Positions 48,892 to 57,744 of a stretch of DNA of 64,000 nucleotides are shown one piece after another (the first letter of the stretch is position 1; each line of letters begins with the position of its first letter). The position numbers and the translations under genes were made by a program. Source of the stretch: Bacillota bacterium (lineage in GTDB: Bacteria; Macinerneyibacteriota; Macinerneyibacteria; Macinerneyibacteriales; DSCS01); assembly GCA_011048995.1 (NCBI GenBank), contig DSCS01000025.1, forward strand, positions 3,444-67,443. The letters are read 5' to 3'. The notes under the pieces are model-generated. The model worked only from the letters and a program-made list of their open reading frames with translations, searched no databases and was not told the origin of the DNA.

Positions 48892-49164
48892 CTACGACTT
48901 TCTGCTGCTTCGGTAATATTCCACCTTGAACGGCAACAAGGCAATCATCCTGGCCCTTTTGACTTCTCCGGCGATCAGGCGCTGATGTTTAGCACAGAGC
49001 CCCGAACGGGTCCTGGATGATATTTTTCCTCGCTCAGTAATAAAATTTTTCAAGACATCCACATTTTTATAGGTAATCTCTTTTTCTTTTATTTCTCCCG
49101 AGCATAATTTACAATACTTTTTTTTACGGAAGAAACGTCTTCCTCCACTGCTACGCTCAGCCAT
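48892..49164 (-). CDS. rpsR: 30S ribosomal protein S18 (Zn-ribbon form)
   Basis: KKYCKLC, ITERGKI, CAKHQR, ALLPF. Confidence 0.97.
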   Translation of the reverse strand: MAERSSGGRRFFRKKKYCKLCSGEIKEKEITYKNVDVLKNFITERGKISSRTRSGLCAKHQRLIAGEVKRARMIALLPFKVEYYRSSRKS

Positions 49165-49184
49165 TTTTCCTCCTCTGACTTCGT

Positions 49185-49637
49185 TTAAAAGGGAATATCT
49201 TCATCGCTGTTCTCTTCGTACCATTCCCCGTCATCTTTTTCAACTTTTTTTTCGACTTTCCGTCGGATCTCGTTTTCTTCGGGCGAAGAATCATCAGCTT
49301 TCCGGGTATTCCCGCTTTCACTGCCGCTTCCCGAAGAGAGAAATTGGACACTGGTGGCCACAATTTCAACAACATTTCGTTTTTCCCCGTTGACTTCATA
49401 ACTCCGGCTTTGCAAACGCCCTTCAACCAAAACGGGGCTGCCTTTGGAGAGATATTTATCACAATTCTCTGCCTGACGCTCCCAAGCTACGACACGGAAA
49501 AACGAGGCTTCCTTCGTATAATAGTCATTGACGGCAATCGATAGATTAACCACGGCTTTCCCTGAGTTTGTATACTTTAACTCGGGGTCACGGGCCAAAT
49601 TACCGGCGACAAAGACTCTGTTCACAGAAACAGCCAT
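49185..49637 (-). CDS. ssb: Single-stranded DNA-binding protein
   Basis: [22 protein letters not shown]-terminal DEDIPF. Confidence 0.97.
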   Translation of the reverse strand: MAVSVNRVFVAGNLARDPELKYTNSGKAVVNLSIAVNDYYTKEASFFRVVAWERQAENCDKYLSKGSPVLVEGRLQSRSYEVNGEKRNVVEIVATSVQFLSSGSGSESGNTRKADDSSPEENEIRRKVEKKVEKDDGEWYEENSDEDIPF

Positions 49638-49638
49638 A

Positions 49639-49926
49639 TTAATCTTCCTTTTTTACAAACATGTGGCGCATGAAATTGTCGTCAATGCGCATAACCCTGG
49701 CCATCTCGTCAAGGATATCCACATTGGCCATGAATTCCATATAGGTGTAATGGGCTTCTGATTCTTTTTTGACTAAATACGCCAACCTTTTTTTCCCCCA
49801 CTCATCTTTTTTCAGGATCTTACCCTCTCGCTGAGTAATGATTCCTTCCAATTTCTGAATGAGAGAATCCCGCTGCTCATTGTCTAAAGACGTACGTGTC
49901 AGAAAAACACCTTCATAGATTCTCAT
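49639..49926 (-). CDS. rpsF: 30S ribosomal protein S6
   Basis: MRIYE, EWGKKRLAY. Confidence 0.96.
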   Translation of the reverse strand: MRIYEGVFLTRTSLDNEQRDSLIQKLEGIITQREGKILKKDEWGKKRLAYLVKKESEAHYTYMEFMANVDILDEMARVMRIDDNFMRHMFVKKED

Positions 49927-49934
49927 CGCTTCAC

Positions 49935-49977
49935 CTCCCTTCGGCTTATAGTCCTGCACACCGCACAGAACAGGGAG
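49935..49977 (-). promoter_or_regulatory. S6:S18-binding autoregulatory mRNA leader
   Basis: CUCCCU pairs with AGGGAG (SD); inner stem GUUCUGUGC/GUGCAGGAC; bulge ending in CCG(A) next to the SD strand. Confidence 0.7.
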
Positions 49978-49988
49978 ACAGAATGCTC

Positions 49989-50291
49989 TTATTTCTTCTC
50001 TTCGGCAAACTGTCTGTTTATCTCATCAACCTTTTTGATGAAATACTCTTTATCTTGAGCCAGCAGATCTTCACCGGCCTGATTAAAGCTTTCCATGGTG
50101 TATCCGTCTTCTTTTAAGATAGCATCCACACCTTCTTCGACAACCTCTTCCTTGTCGATATTCTGATATGTAAAGCGGACAATTTTCCGGTAAGTCTCAA
50201 AATAACGCTCCGCCTCATCCTGTTCCCGGTGTTGTCCGCTGCATCCGGCAAGGACGGCCAAAATAATCACTAAAACCCATCCGGTCCTCAT
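49989..50291 (-). CDS. Hypothetical lipoprotein
   Basis: LAGC lipobox; GGAGG SD. Confidence 0.75.
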   Translation of the reverse strand: MRTGWVLVIILAVLAGCSGQHREQDEAERYFETYRKIVRFTYQNIDKEEVVEEGVDAILKEDGYTMESFNQAGEDLLAQDKEYFIKKVDEINRQFAEEKK

Positions 50292-50419
50292 ATCCCACCT
50301 CCGGCTCTATCATAATTAAAAAACGGGCTCTGTCAACATCAATTGTAAGCTTTTAGCTTGACACCTCCTCTCTTTTCTGTTAGTTTTCCCCTGCCAATAA
50401 CTAAAAAGGAGGAGAAGAC

Positions 50420-50674
50420 ATGCCGCATATCAAACAACAGAAGAAAAGGATGAAAAAAGATATCCAGCTTCGCCTGCGGAACAGAGCATACAAATCTCAG
50501 GTCAAAACAGCCAGGAAAAAAGTCCTTGCCGCTACAAAGAAAGAAGAGGGGCTCAAGGCCCTTGAAAATTTTTACAAAGTTGTTGATTCCGTAGCGCAAA
50601 AAGGGATTCTGCATAAAAACAAAGCATCCCGCGACAAATCAAAACTCGCCCGTTTTGTCAATTCCCTGAACTAG
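50420..50674 (+). CDS. rpsT: 30S ribosomal protein S20
   Basis: RNRAYKS..KT, KGILHKNKASRDKS. Confidence 0.96.
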   Translation: MPHIKQQKKRMKKDIQLRLRNRAYKSQVKTARKKVLAATKKEEGLKALENFYKVVDSVAQKGILHKNKASRDKSKLARFVNSLN

Positions 50675-50683
50675 GGCTCTGTT

Positions 50684-50712
50684 GCGGGAAGGTCTCCTTC
50701 CCGCTTTCCTTA
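50684..50712 (+). terminator. Terminator after rpsT
   Basis: GCGGGAAGG-TCT-CCTTCCCGC followed by TTTCCTT. Confidence 0.7.
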
Positions 50713-50720
50713 TCTTGATT

Positions 50721-51785
50721 TTATTTTTTAGGTAAAAACCGGATTCCGAGCACGGCTTCACGGGGACGGTCCATCTTGCTGGCGTCTTTGACCACATCAT
50801 CACGGACCTCTCTGAATTTTTCAACGGCCGGACCCTCGCCGGCTTCCTGCCGAGCCAGTTCGAAGATATATTCTAAAATTTCGGCCAGACCCTTCAAAAC
50901 GGTCTCGGGAGTTTCTGTCGTCTCGTCCCAGTCAAGCTGATCAGAATTAAAACGCTCTGTCACATTTGAATAGACGACCCCTTCCATATCCGGGTAGATC
51001 ATCTTGAGTTCTTCAAATTTATCCGTGATCTCTTTCATCGGGACGGCGATAATAGGGGTATCAAGGAGAAGAACATCCAGGTAACGGTTGATCGCATCGA
51101 TGAGCAAGCCCGCTGCACTGTTGACGATCTCATATTTTCTTTTTCTTTTTCTTTTGAATATCGATGTCAGCATGCTTATGTTCTTTTCGACATCCACGCC
51201 GCTTTTTTTTAATTTCTCCTCGAGCCGACGCTGATGTTCTTCTTGTGTCATCCGGATATCGATGAGATTCGCTTTAATGAGAGACGCCAAGGTCTTGCTG
51301 GCCTCGACATTATCCATACTGCTCTTGGCGATCACTTCATCCACCGTCCGCTTACCGTTGATCAAAGAGAGGACTTTCAGATCATCATTGTTCAGTTTGA
51401 TAGCGTCAATATTGCTTTGCCCCTCGTCAATCAAAGTCAAAATCGCATTCCCGTCAGGAATGGTCTTTTTCACCTCCGACAACTCATCGTTACGGCGGGC
51501 AGCCTCAAGGATAAGGTTCTGCCAATCGATCATCATATTTTCACGAAGAGGGGACTTGTCATTTTCAAAGACAAAACGCCCTGTACTCCAGCCGAAGAAG
51601 TGATAAACTGCGTCTTCCGCTTCCTGGCGGCTGCCCTTAGCGGCGACGATATATCCCTCTTTAAAGTAGACTTCCCCCTGCTCTGTTTCATGTTCTAACT
51701 TCAAACAGCCCGTGCGCTGGCCCAGGCCTAACAGCTGAAACAAATCGGCAACGGAAAAATCCGCCAGAGCTCCCTGTAAGGACAT
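50721..51785 (-). CDS. DUF4388 (PATAN-like) domain protein
   Basis: SLQGALADFSVADLFQLL..GQRTG.L, GEVYFKEG.IV.A, WSTGRFVF, LILEAARRNDE. Confidence 0.88.
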   Translation of the reverse strand: MSLQGALADFSVADLFQLLGLGQRTGCLKLEHETEQGEVYFKEGYIVAAKGSRQEAEDAVYHFFGWSTGRFVFENDKSPLRENMMIDWQNLILEAARRNDELSEVKKTIPDGNAILTLIDEGQSNIDAIKLNNDDLKVLSLINGKRTVDEVIAKSSMDNVEASKTLASLIKANLIDIRMTQEEHQRRLEEKLKKSGVDVEKNISMLTSIFKRKRKRKYEIVNSAAGLLIDAINRYLDVLLLDTPIIAVPMKEITDKFEELKMIYPDMEGVVYSNVTERFNSDQLDWDETTETPETVLKGLAEILEYIFELARQEAGEGPAVEKFREVRDDVVKDASKMDRPREAVLGIRFLPKK

Positions 51786-51798
51786 ATATCCCCCCCTT

Positions 51799-52263
51799 CT
51801 ACATATCTTTTAACAGATTGTTGATCTCATCACGTAATGTGTTATTCACTTTTTTAATAGGTTTCTCCTCAATACCCGGAATCTGGCTGAGAATATCATT
51901 GATCTTCTGTATCGTCTTCTCTGTCTCTTCCCGCAAAATGCCCAGAACCGTCTTTTGCCCGAAGATAGTGATAAGAAGCAATTTGTTGCCGACCCGGTTG
52001 ATATCAATATTTTCAGACAATCCTTTATGAAAAAGGACTGTAAACTGTTTCTCGCTGAGCATTCTGGCCAGGGCGACCGTCGCGGCGAAATGACTCGCCG
52101 AGAGAGAAGCCAATGCTACTGCATTGATATTCCCCGTGTAGCCCGCTATCGCAATCAACTCTCCGTTAATATCGACCAGAAAAACGCTTTTGGAGGACGT
52201 TTTCCAGATCAACTCTGACAAGACCTCTTCCAATTGCTCCATCTGTTCGTTTTCAATTTTCAT
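51799..52263 (-). CDS. Roadblock/LC7 protein, second MglB paralog
   Basis: VFLVDINGELI, LASLSA.HFAAT..LA..L.E..F..LFH, LG. Confidence 0.88.
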   Translation of the reverse strand: MKIENEQMEQLEEVLSELIWKTSSKSVFLVDINGELIAIAGYTGNINAVALASLSASHFAATVALARMLSEKQFTVLFHKGLSENIDINRVGNKLLLITIFGQKTVLGILREETEKTIQKINDILSQIPGIEEKPIKKVNNTLRDEINNLLKDM

Positions 52264-52265
52264 TT

Positions 52266-52853
52266 TTATCGACCCTCACTTATCGCTTTTAGCACCAATT
52301 TGCTTATGGCTTTCAGAGTATCAAAAACGCCGATACCTTCTACGGCGATAGCTTCAAAAGAGAGATAACCCTTAGGGTTAAGCTGCTGTTCCAGTTCTTC
52401 CGATGTCATGACATTGGCCAGGTCCATCTTATTATATTGCATGACAAAGGGGATCGTCTCCGGGTCAAGATTCTGGCTGATGAGATTGACTCTGAGGTTT
52501 TCCAGGCTTTCAACGTTTTGTTCCAACCGTTCCCGCTGCGCATCAGCCACAAAAACAACGCCGTCAGCCCCTTTTAAGATCAACCGGCGGCTGGCGTCAT
52601 AATGCACCTGGCCGGGGACCGTATAAAGATGAAAGCGGGTCTTAAAGCCTTGTACCTGGCCTAAGTCCAGAGGAAGAAAATCGAAAAAAAGTGTCCGGTC
52701 AGCTTCTGTGGCCAATGAGACAAGCTTCCCTCTGGCCGAAGGATCGATCTGCTTGTAGACATATTTGATATTTGTGGTCTTGCCGCCTAACCCGGGCCCG
52801 TAATAAACGATCTTGCAGTTTATTTCACGTGAAGCATAATTGATTAATGACAT
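52266..52853 (-). CDS. mglA: Small Ras-like GTPase MglA
   Basis: [45 protein letters not shown]; closely resembles Myxococcus MglA as I recall it. Confidence 0.96.
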   Translation of the reverse strand: MSLINYASREINCKIVYYGPGLGGKTTNIKYVYKQIDPSARGKLVSLATEADRTLFFDFLPLDLGQVQGFKTRFHLYTVPGQVHYDASRRLILKGADGVVFVADAQRERLEQNVESLENLRVNLISQNLDPETIPFVMQYNKMDLANVMTSEELEQQLNPKGYLSFEAIAVEGIGVFDTLKAISKLVLKAISEGR

Positions 52854-52866
52854 GGATCCTCCTCAC

Positions 52867-53364
52867 TCAGTCTTTAAATAAACTGTCAATTTCATTCTCA
52901 ATAGCCTGGGTAAACGATTCATCCAGCCTTTTTATCTGTCCGTCCGTCTTGCTTCTTTCGACCATTTCCTTTAAAACATGAGCCAGATGCTCTATGCTTT
53001 TTTTGACCTCGAGACGAACCAGCCCCAGAGAAGTCCGGGCCACCCGGAACACAACGACCATAATAATAGAACCGGCGACAATAGAGATGTGAATACTGTC
53101 CTTGACTCCTTCATGGAAAAGAACAGAAAATTCCGTTTCTCCGATAAGTTTGGCTAATTCACTGGTCGCCGCGAAGTTACCCGCGGAAAGAGAGGCAAAA
53201 GCCGTGGAATCAAATTGTTCCAGCTCTCCCCTTACCGTTATCAGCTGCCCGCTTTTATCCACTAAGAAAACACATTCTGATTTTGAATTTTTCAGTAATT
53301 CATCAATGATGACATTTATCTTCTCAAAGCTGTCCTCATACATGATCAACCCATCTTGCAGCAT
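52867..53364 (-). CDS. mglB: Roadblock GAP MglB
   Basis: MYEDSFEKIN, VFLVDKSGQLI, ASLSAGNFAA, TSLGLVRL, C-terminal IDSLF. Confidence 0.93.
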   Translation of the reverse strand: MLQDGLIMYEDSFEKINVIIDELLKNSKSECVFLVDKSGQLITVRGELEQFDSTAFASLSAGNFAATSELAKLIGETEFSVLFHEGVKDSIHISIVAGSIIMVVVFRVARTSLGLVRLEVKKSIEHLAHVLKEMVERSKTDGQIKRLDESFTQAIENEIDSLFKD

Positions 53365-53485
53365 AGGAACCTCCCTTTATCTTTTCAAGTATAGAAGTCC
53401 GGTTTCAAAATGTCAATATAATTTCCGAAAAAAGGGGGGTTGCCAATCTATAAACGCCTGTTATCATAACCAAAAGGGGGGAAAA

Positions 53486-54277
53486 GTGAAATTAGAACAA
53501 TGTGACCTCCATGTTCACTCTTCCTATTCGGACGGACAATACACCCCCGATGATTTAGCTGACAAAGCCATAGAAGCGGGACTGGACGTCTTTTCCGTCA
53601 CTGACCATGACAGCATCGGCGCCTACGAAGGGGGCTTTCAGGATATCATAAAAAGCGTTCACATCGTCCCCGGTGTAGAGATCACAGCCGGTTTCAAAGA
53701 AGAGACGATTCACCTTTTGGGGTACTGCTTTGACCCCCGCGACCGTAATCTGGCCTCTTTTCTGCACAGCCGGCGCATCGCCCGGGAGAATTGGGCTTTC
53801 AAACTCTTTCCCGGAGAAGAAAACCGCCCCTTGACTTTTCGGGGAAAATCTCTCACGCTCAAAGATATCCGAGACGCCCTGATCCATACGTCGTCCTCTT
53901 CTGCAGCTGAATCCCTGATAAAAAAAGAAAAAAAAGCCATGGAAAAGGCTTCAGCTAAAAAAACCATTTCCGTCATCCACGAAGCAGGAGGAGTCGCTAT
54001 CCTGGCGCATCCGGGACTTTATACGACCCGGGCAGAATTTCTCATTCGTCATCTTAAACCCCTCGGACTGGACGGGATTGAAATATTCTATCCTTATACA
54101 GCCCACTGCCCGCATCTCTTTCCCTCCCGGGACAAAGAACGCTGCTATTTTTCTTACCTTTTAGCATTGTCTCAAAAATACGGCCTTCTCGTCACCGGAG
54201 GATCCGATACCCATAACGGCCGTCTTCACGGCTGGCCTTTGGAAAAACTCCCTTCTCTCCCTTGTTTTTTTTGGTAA
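53486..54277 (+). CDS. PHP-domain phosphoesterase (TrpH/YciV-like)
   Basis: DLHVHS..SDG, VTDHD, GVEI, HLLGY, LAHP, GGSDTH; GTG start after a G-rich SD. Confidence 0.9.
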   Translation: MKLEQCDLHVHSSYSDGQYTPDDLADKAIEAGLDVFSVTDHDSIGAYEGGFQDIIKSVHIVPGVEITAGFKEETIHLLGYCFDPRDRNLASFLHSRRIARENWAFKLFPGEENRPLTFRGKSLTLKDIRDALIHTSSSSAAESLIKKEKKAMEKASAKKTISVIHEAGGVAILAHPGLYTTRAEFLIRHLKPLGLDGIEIFYPYTAHCPHLFPSRDKERCYFSYLLALSQKYGLLVTGGSDTHNGRLHGWPLEKLPSLPCFFW

Positions 54278-54296
54278 CGGGATTTATATTTGTCTC

Positions 54297-54479
54297 ATGA
54301 AACAGTGTTCTTCCCTATCAAACAAGACCCGCAAACCCCTTGAAGCCCCCTGCCCCCTTTGCGGAACGGTCAACTCATTTGTCCCTTCCCGTGAACCTTA
54401 TCTTTTTTGCCGTCATTGCCATTATGTTTATGCCTGGGTCAATAAAGAGGGCATCATCATTTTTGAAAAAGAAGTCTGA
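54297..54479 (+). CDS. Small putative zinc-ribbon protein
   Basis: CPLC...CRHC; preceded by TTGTTT-17-TATATT-6nt-ATG. Confidence 0.55.
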   Translation: MKQCSSLSNKTRKPLEAPCPLCGTVNSFVPSREPYLFCRHCHYVYAWVNKEGIIIFEKEV

Positions 54480-54551
54480 CCTTTTTTTCTGTCAACAAAT
54501 CATTTGCTTTTCCTCTCATCCTGCTTATCCTAAAGCCAAAGGAGGTTCTTC

Positions 54552-55853
54552 ATGGATTATAAAGTCAAAGATATCAATCTGGCCCCCTGGGGACGTAAAG
54601 AGATCGCCCTGGCTGAGCAGGAGATGCCCGGACTGATGGCCTTGCGCGCGAAATACGAAAAAGAAAAACCTTTGCAAGGAGCCCGGATATCAGGCTCTCT
54701 GCACATGACCGTCCAGACAGCTGTTCTCATGGAAACCCTCATACTGCTGGGAGCAAGCCTGCGATGGGCATCCTGCAACGTCTTTTCGACCCAGGATCAT
54801 GCCGCGGCGGCTATGGCTGAGGCCGGAATCCCTGTTTTTGCATGGAAAGGGGAAACGGAAGATGAATACTGGTGGGCCATCGAGCAGACTCTTTTATGGC
54901 CTGACGGAAAGGGGCCGGACCTGCTCATCGATGACGGAGGTGACTTGACAGCTTTTGTACATGAAAAATACCCGCATCTGCTAAAGCACATCATCGGGGT
55001 CAGCGAAGAGACCACCACGGGAGTTCACCGCCTCTACCGGATGGCAGAAGAGAAAACGTTGAAAGTAAAGGCTCTTAATGTGAATGATTCCGTGACAAAA
55101 TCAAAATTTGACAACACATACGGATGCCGTGAATCGCTGGCTGACGGTATTAAACGGGCGACGGACATCATGATCGCCGGCAAAACCGTAGTGATTTGCG
55201 GATACGGAGAAGTGGGCAAGGGTTGTGCCCAATCCATGCGGGGTTTCGGCGCGCGGGTCTTGATCACCGAAATCGATCCCATCTGCGCCCTGCAGGCAGC
55301 CATGGAAGGATATGAAGTATCCACTCTTGAAAAAATCCTTGATTCGGGAGAAGGCGATATTTTTGTCACGGCGACAGGCAATGTGAATGTGATCCGTTTT
55401 GACCATATGCAGAGGATGAAAGACCGGGCTATCATCTGTAACATCGGGCATTTCGACCATGAGATCGAAGTTGCGCCCCTTTTCAGCCGTCCGGATGTCA
55501 CTCGCAACAACATTAAGCCGCTGGTCGATCAGTTTTTCCTTCCCGGAGGCGGTTCTGTCATCCTTCTTTCCGAAGGACGCCTTGTCAACCTGGGCAATGC
55601 AACGGGGCACCCCTCTTTTGTCATGAGCGCTTCTTTCACAAATCAAGTCCTGGCCCAGCTTTCGCTCTTTACCCATGGGGAACAATACGAGACCGGGCAG
55701 GTCTATATGCTCCCGAAATCATTGGATGAAGAAGTCGCCCGGCTTCATTTGGGGCATCTTGGAGCTTCTCTCACAAGACTCACGGAAGAGCAGGCCCGCT
55801 ATATCGGCGTTTCTGTCTCAGGGCCTTATAAAGCGGACCATTACCGTTATTAG
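54552..55853 (+). CDS. ahcY: Adenosylhomocysteinase
   Basis: [42 protein letters not shown]. Confidence 0.98.
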   Translation: MDYKVKDINLAPWGRKEIALAEQEMPGLMALRAKYEKEKPLQGARISGSLHMTVQTAVLMETLILLGASLRWASCNVFSTQDHAAAAMAEAGIPVFAWKGETEDEYWWAIEQTLLWPDGKGPDLLIDDGGDLTAFVHEKYPHLLKHIIGVSEETTTGVHRLYRMAEEKTLKVKALNVNDSVTKSKFDNTYGCRESLADGIKRATDIMIAGKTVVICGYGEVGKGCAQSMRGFGARVLITEIDPICALQAAMEGYEVSTLEKILDSGEGDIFVTATGNVNVIRFDHMQRMKDRAIICNIGHFDHEIEVAPLFSRPDVTRNNIKPLVDQFFLPGGGSVILLSEGRLVNLGNATGHPSFVMSASFTNQVLAQLSLFTHGEQYETGQVYMLPKSLDEEVARLHLGHLGASLTRLTEEQARYIGVSVSGPYKADHYRY

Positions 55854-55868
55854 CTATCACGGCAGACT

Positions 55869-55885
55869 GGCGGGGCTTCCCCGCC
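55869..55885. terminator. Hairpin between convergent ahcY and pepF
   Basis: GGCGGGG-CTT-CCCCGCC. Confidence 0.5.
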
Positions 55886-55893
55886 TCGGCCGG

Positions 55894-57672
55894 TCACTCA
55901 GTCATAATGGCCAGCAAATCGTCAATTTCCTGTCCGATGATCTTCAAAGAAGAAGCCCAAAATTCCGGGTCTCTTGTTTCTATCCCCACAAGAGCCGCAA
56001 CATCCCGGACATTCATCTTCCCTGTGGCCCGAAGCAATTCATCATATTTCGGAATAAAGGCCTCGCCCTGTCTCTGGTATTCCGCATAGAGCCCCTTGGC
56101 AAAAAGAAGCCCAAAGGTGTAGGGAAAATTATAAAAATGGCGGCCCGGCATAAAATAATGGGGCTTGTTGATCCACATGTAGGGATGAAGACAAGCAGAA
56201 TCCAGTCCTTCGCCGTAGGCTTTTTTCTGGGCATCCGTCATCATCCCATTCAGTTCACGGACCGACAAAGAGGCCTCTTCTCTTCTTTTGAAAAGTTCCA
56301 TCTCAAAAAGATAACGGCTGTAAATATCCACAACGACCTGGGCATATCCCGTCACAGAGCCTTCCAAAACCGTCAGTTTTTCTTTTCCAGACAACCCCTC
56401 GATAAGGGCATTTTTAACTATGGTCTCATTGAAAATTGAGGCCGTCTCCGCCAGAGGCATGGGGTATCCGGCATTGAGAGCCGTTTCGTCTTTCAAACAA
56501 TGGCCGTGATAACCGTGTCCCAGTTCATGAGCCAAGGTAATAACATTTTTCAGGCTGCTGCTGTAATTCGTCAGAATACGGCTTTGCCCGATGGCATGAA
56601 GGTTGGAGCAAAACGCCCCTCCCCTCTTCCCTTCACGCGGTTCGGCGTCGATCCACCGCTCATCAAAAGCCCGTTTGCCGAACTCTCCCAGAGCCGGACT
56701 GAATGAATAAAATTTTTCAATTATCAGGCTACGCGCCTCATCAAAGGAAACATCTTTATCACTCTCCCCGATAGGGGCAAACAGTTCATAAAAGGGAAGG
56801 CCTCGATCATAACCCAGAATTTTCGCTTTCGTCAGGAAATAGTCTCTGAAACGGGGCAGTTCCTTTTCAACAGCTTTCAGCATCGCATTTAATGACTCAC
56901 GGTCCATCCTTGAATCTTCAAGGGTCATCTCCAGAGGAGATTCATAACCCCGAAGATCGGAAAGCGTCAAAACTTCGCCCTTAATAGCATTTAAAGCAGC
57001 GGCAGAAGCATCCTCTATTCTCTCATAGGCTTTCAGTTCTCCTTCAAAAGCCGCTTTCCGTTCTTCGCGGGAACGGGAATGGGCCATATTGCGGGCGACA
57101 GTCAAAGGGACTCTCTTTTTTCCCCCGGCAAGTTCAATATCTGTCATTAAGTTGGCCGTAAGCAGATTCTGCATGGTACTCCAAGCCCGGCCACCTGTAT
57201 TGGAAAGCTTCGAAATGAGATATTCTTCTCTTTCGCTCAGCAAGTGATCAGCCTTTTTTTTCATCTCTTCAAGGGCGAAGGCATGGGCTTTCAAAAGCGG
57301 GCTCTTCTCAATAATGCTCTGAAGATCGTTTTGCTCTTTGAGCCAACGCAGAAAACGGACTTCCGGAATCCTGAGTTCTACGCTTTTTTTCATGATCCGG
57401 TCCATGACAGATTGGGCCGTCTCATTTTTTGACTCCACACTGAGGGTGAGAGAAGCATAAGCTGCCAGCCTGGAAAAATGATCCCGCAACTCATTGGACT
57501 TCTGAATATATTCTTCCATGACTTCAACGGGAGACTGTTTCTCCGGATCTTTCTCCATCAGTCGGATCATCTCTGTGATCATATGGTCAAGACTCTTCAT
57601 ATCTGTTTTAAAGGCATCTGACTCGAATGAGGAATAAAGAGGAGTCAGATCCCAACGCATTTCATTCTTCAT
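55894..57672 (-). CDS. pepF: M3B oligoendopeptidase F
   Basis: WDLTPLY, GKRGGAFC, HELGH, LAETASIFNE, FYNFPYTFG. Confidence 0.94.
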   Translation of the reverse strand: MKNEMRWDLTPLYSSFESDAFKTDMKSLDHMITEMIRLMEKDPEKQSPVEVMEEYIQKSNELRDHFSRLAAYASLTLSVESKNETAQSVMDRIMKKSVELRIPEVRFLRWLKEQNDLQSIIEKSPLLKAHAFALEEMKKKADHLLSEREEYLISKLSNTGGRAWSTMQNLLTANLMTDIELAGGKKRVPLTVARNMAHSRSREERKAAFEGELKAYERIEDASAAALNAIKGEVLTLSDLRGYESPLEMTLEDSRMDRESLNAMLKAVEKELPRFRDYFLTKAKILGYDRGLPFYELFAPIGESDKDVSFDEARSLIIEKFYSFSPALGEFGKRAFDERWIDAEPREGKRGGAFCSNLHAIGQSRILTNYSSSLKNVITLAHELGHGYHGHCLKDETALNAGYPMPLAETASIFNETIVKNALIEGLSGKEKLTVLEGSVTGYAQVVVDIYSRYLFEMELFKRREEASLSVRELNGMMTDAQKKAYGEGLDSACLHPYMWINKPHYFMPGRHFYNFPYTFGLLFAKGLYAEYQRQGEAFIPKYDELLRATGKMNVRDVAALVGIETRDPEFWASSLKIIGQEIDDLLAIMTE

Positions 57673-57744
57673 AAAGACCTCCTTTTCCTCATTGTAGCGG
57701 GCGAATGAAAGATTGCAAGTCTTACTCTTACGCCATGCGAAACA

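Noticed and set aside
53102-53485. N-terminal extension of the PHP ORF (391 aa in the track)
   Set aside because: Overlaps mglB antisense; promoter, SD and domain start support GTG at 53486
54480-54551. SAH/SAM riboswitch upstream of ahcY
   Set aside because: The short spacer shows no recognisable aptamer motifs; an Infernal/Rfam scan would settle it
54552-55853. Eukaryote-like short AhcY (no ~40-aa insert) as evidence of horizontal transfer
   Set aside because: Insert-less forms also occur in bacteria; this cannot be supported without a phylogeny
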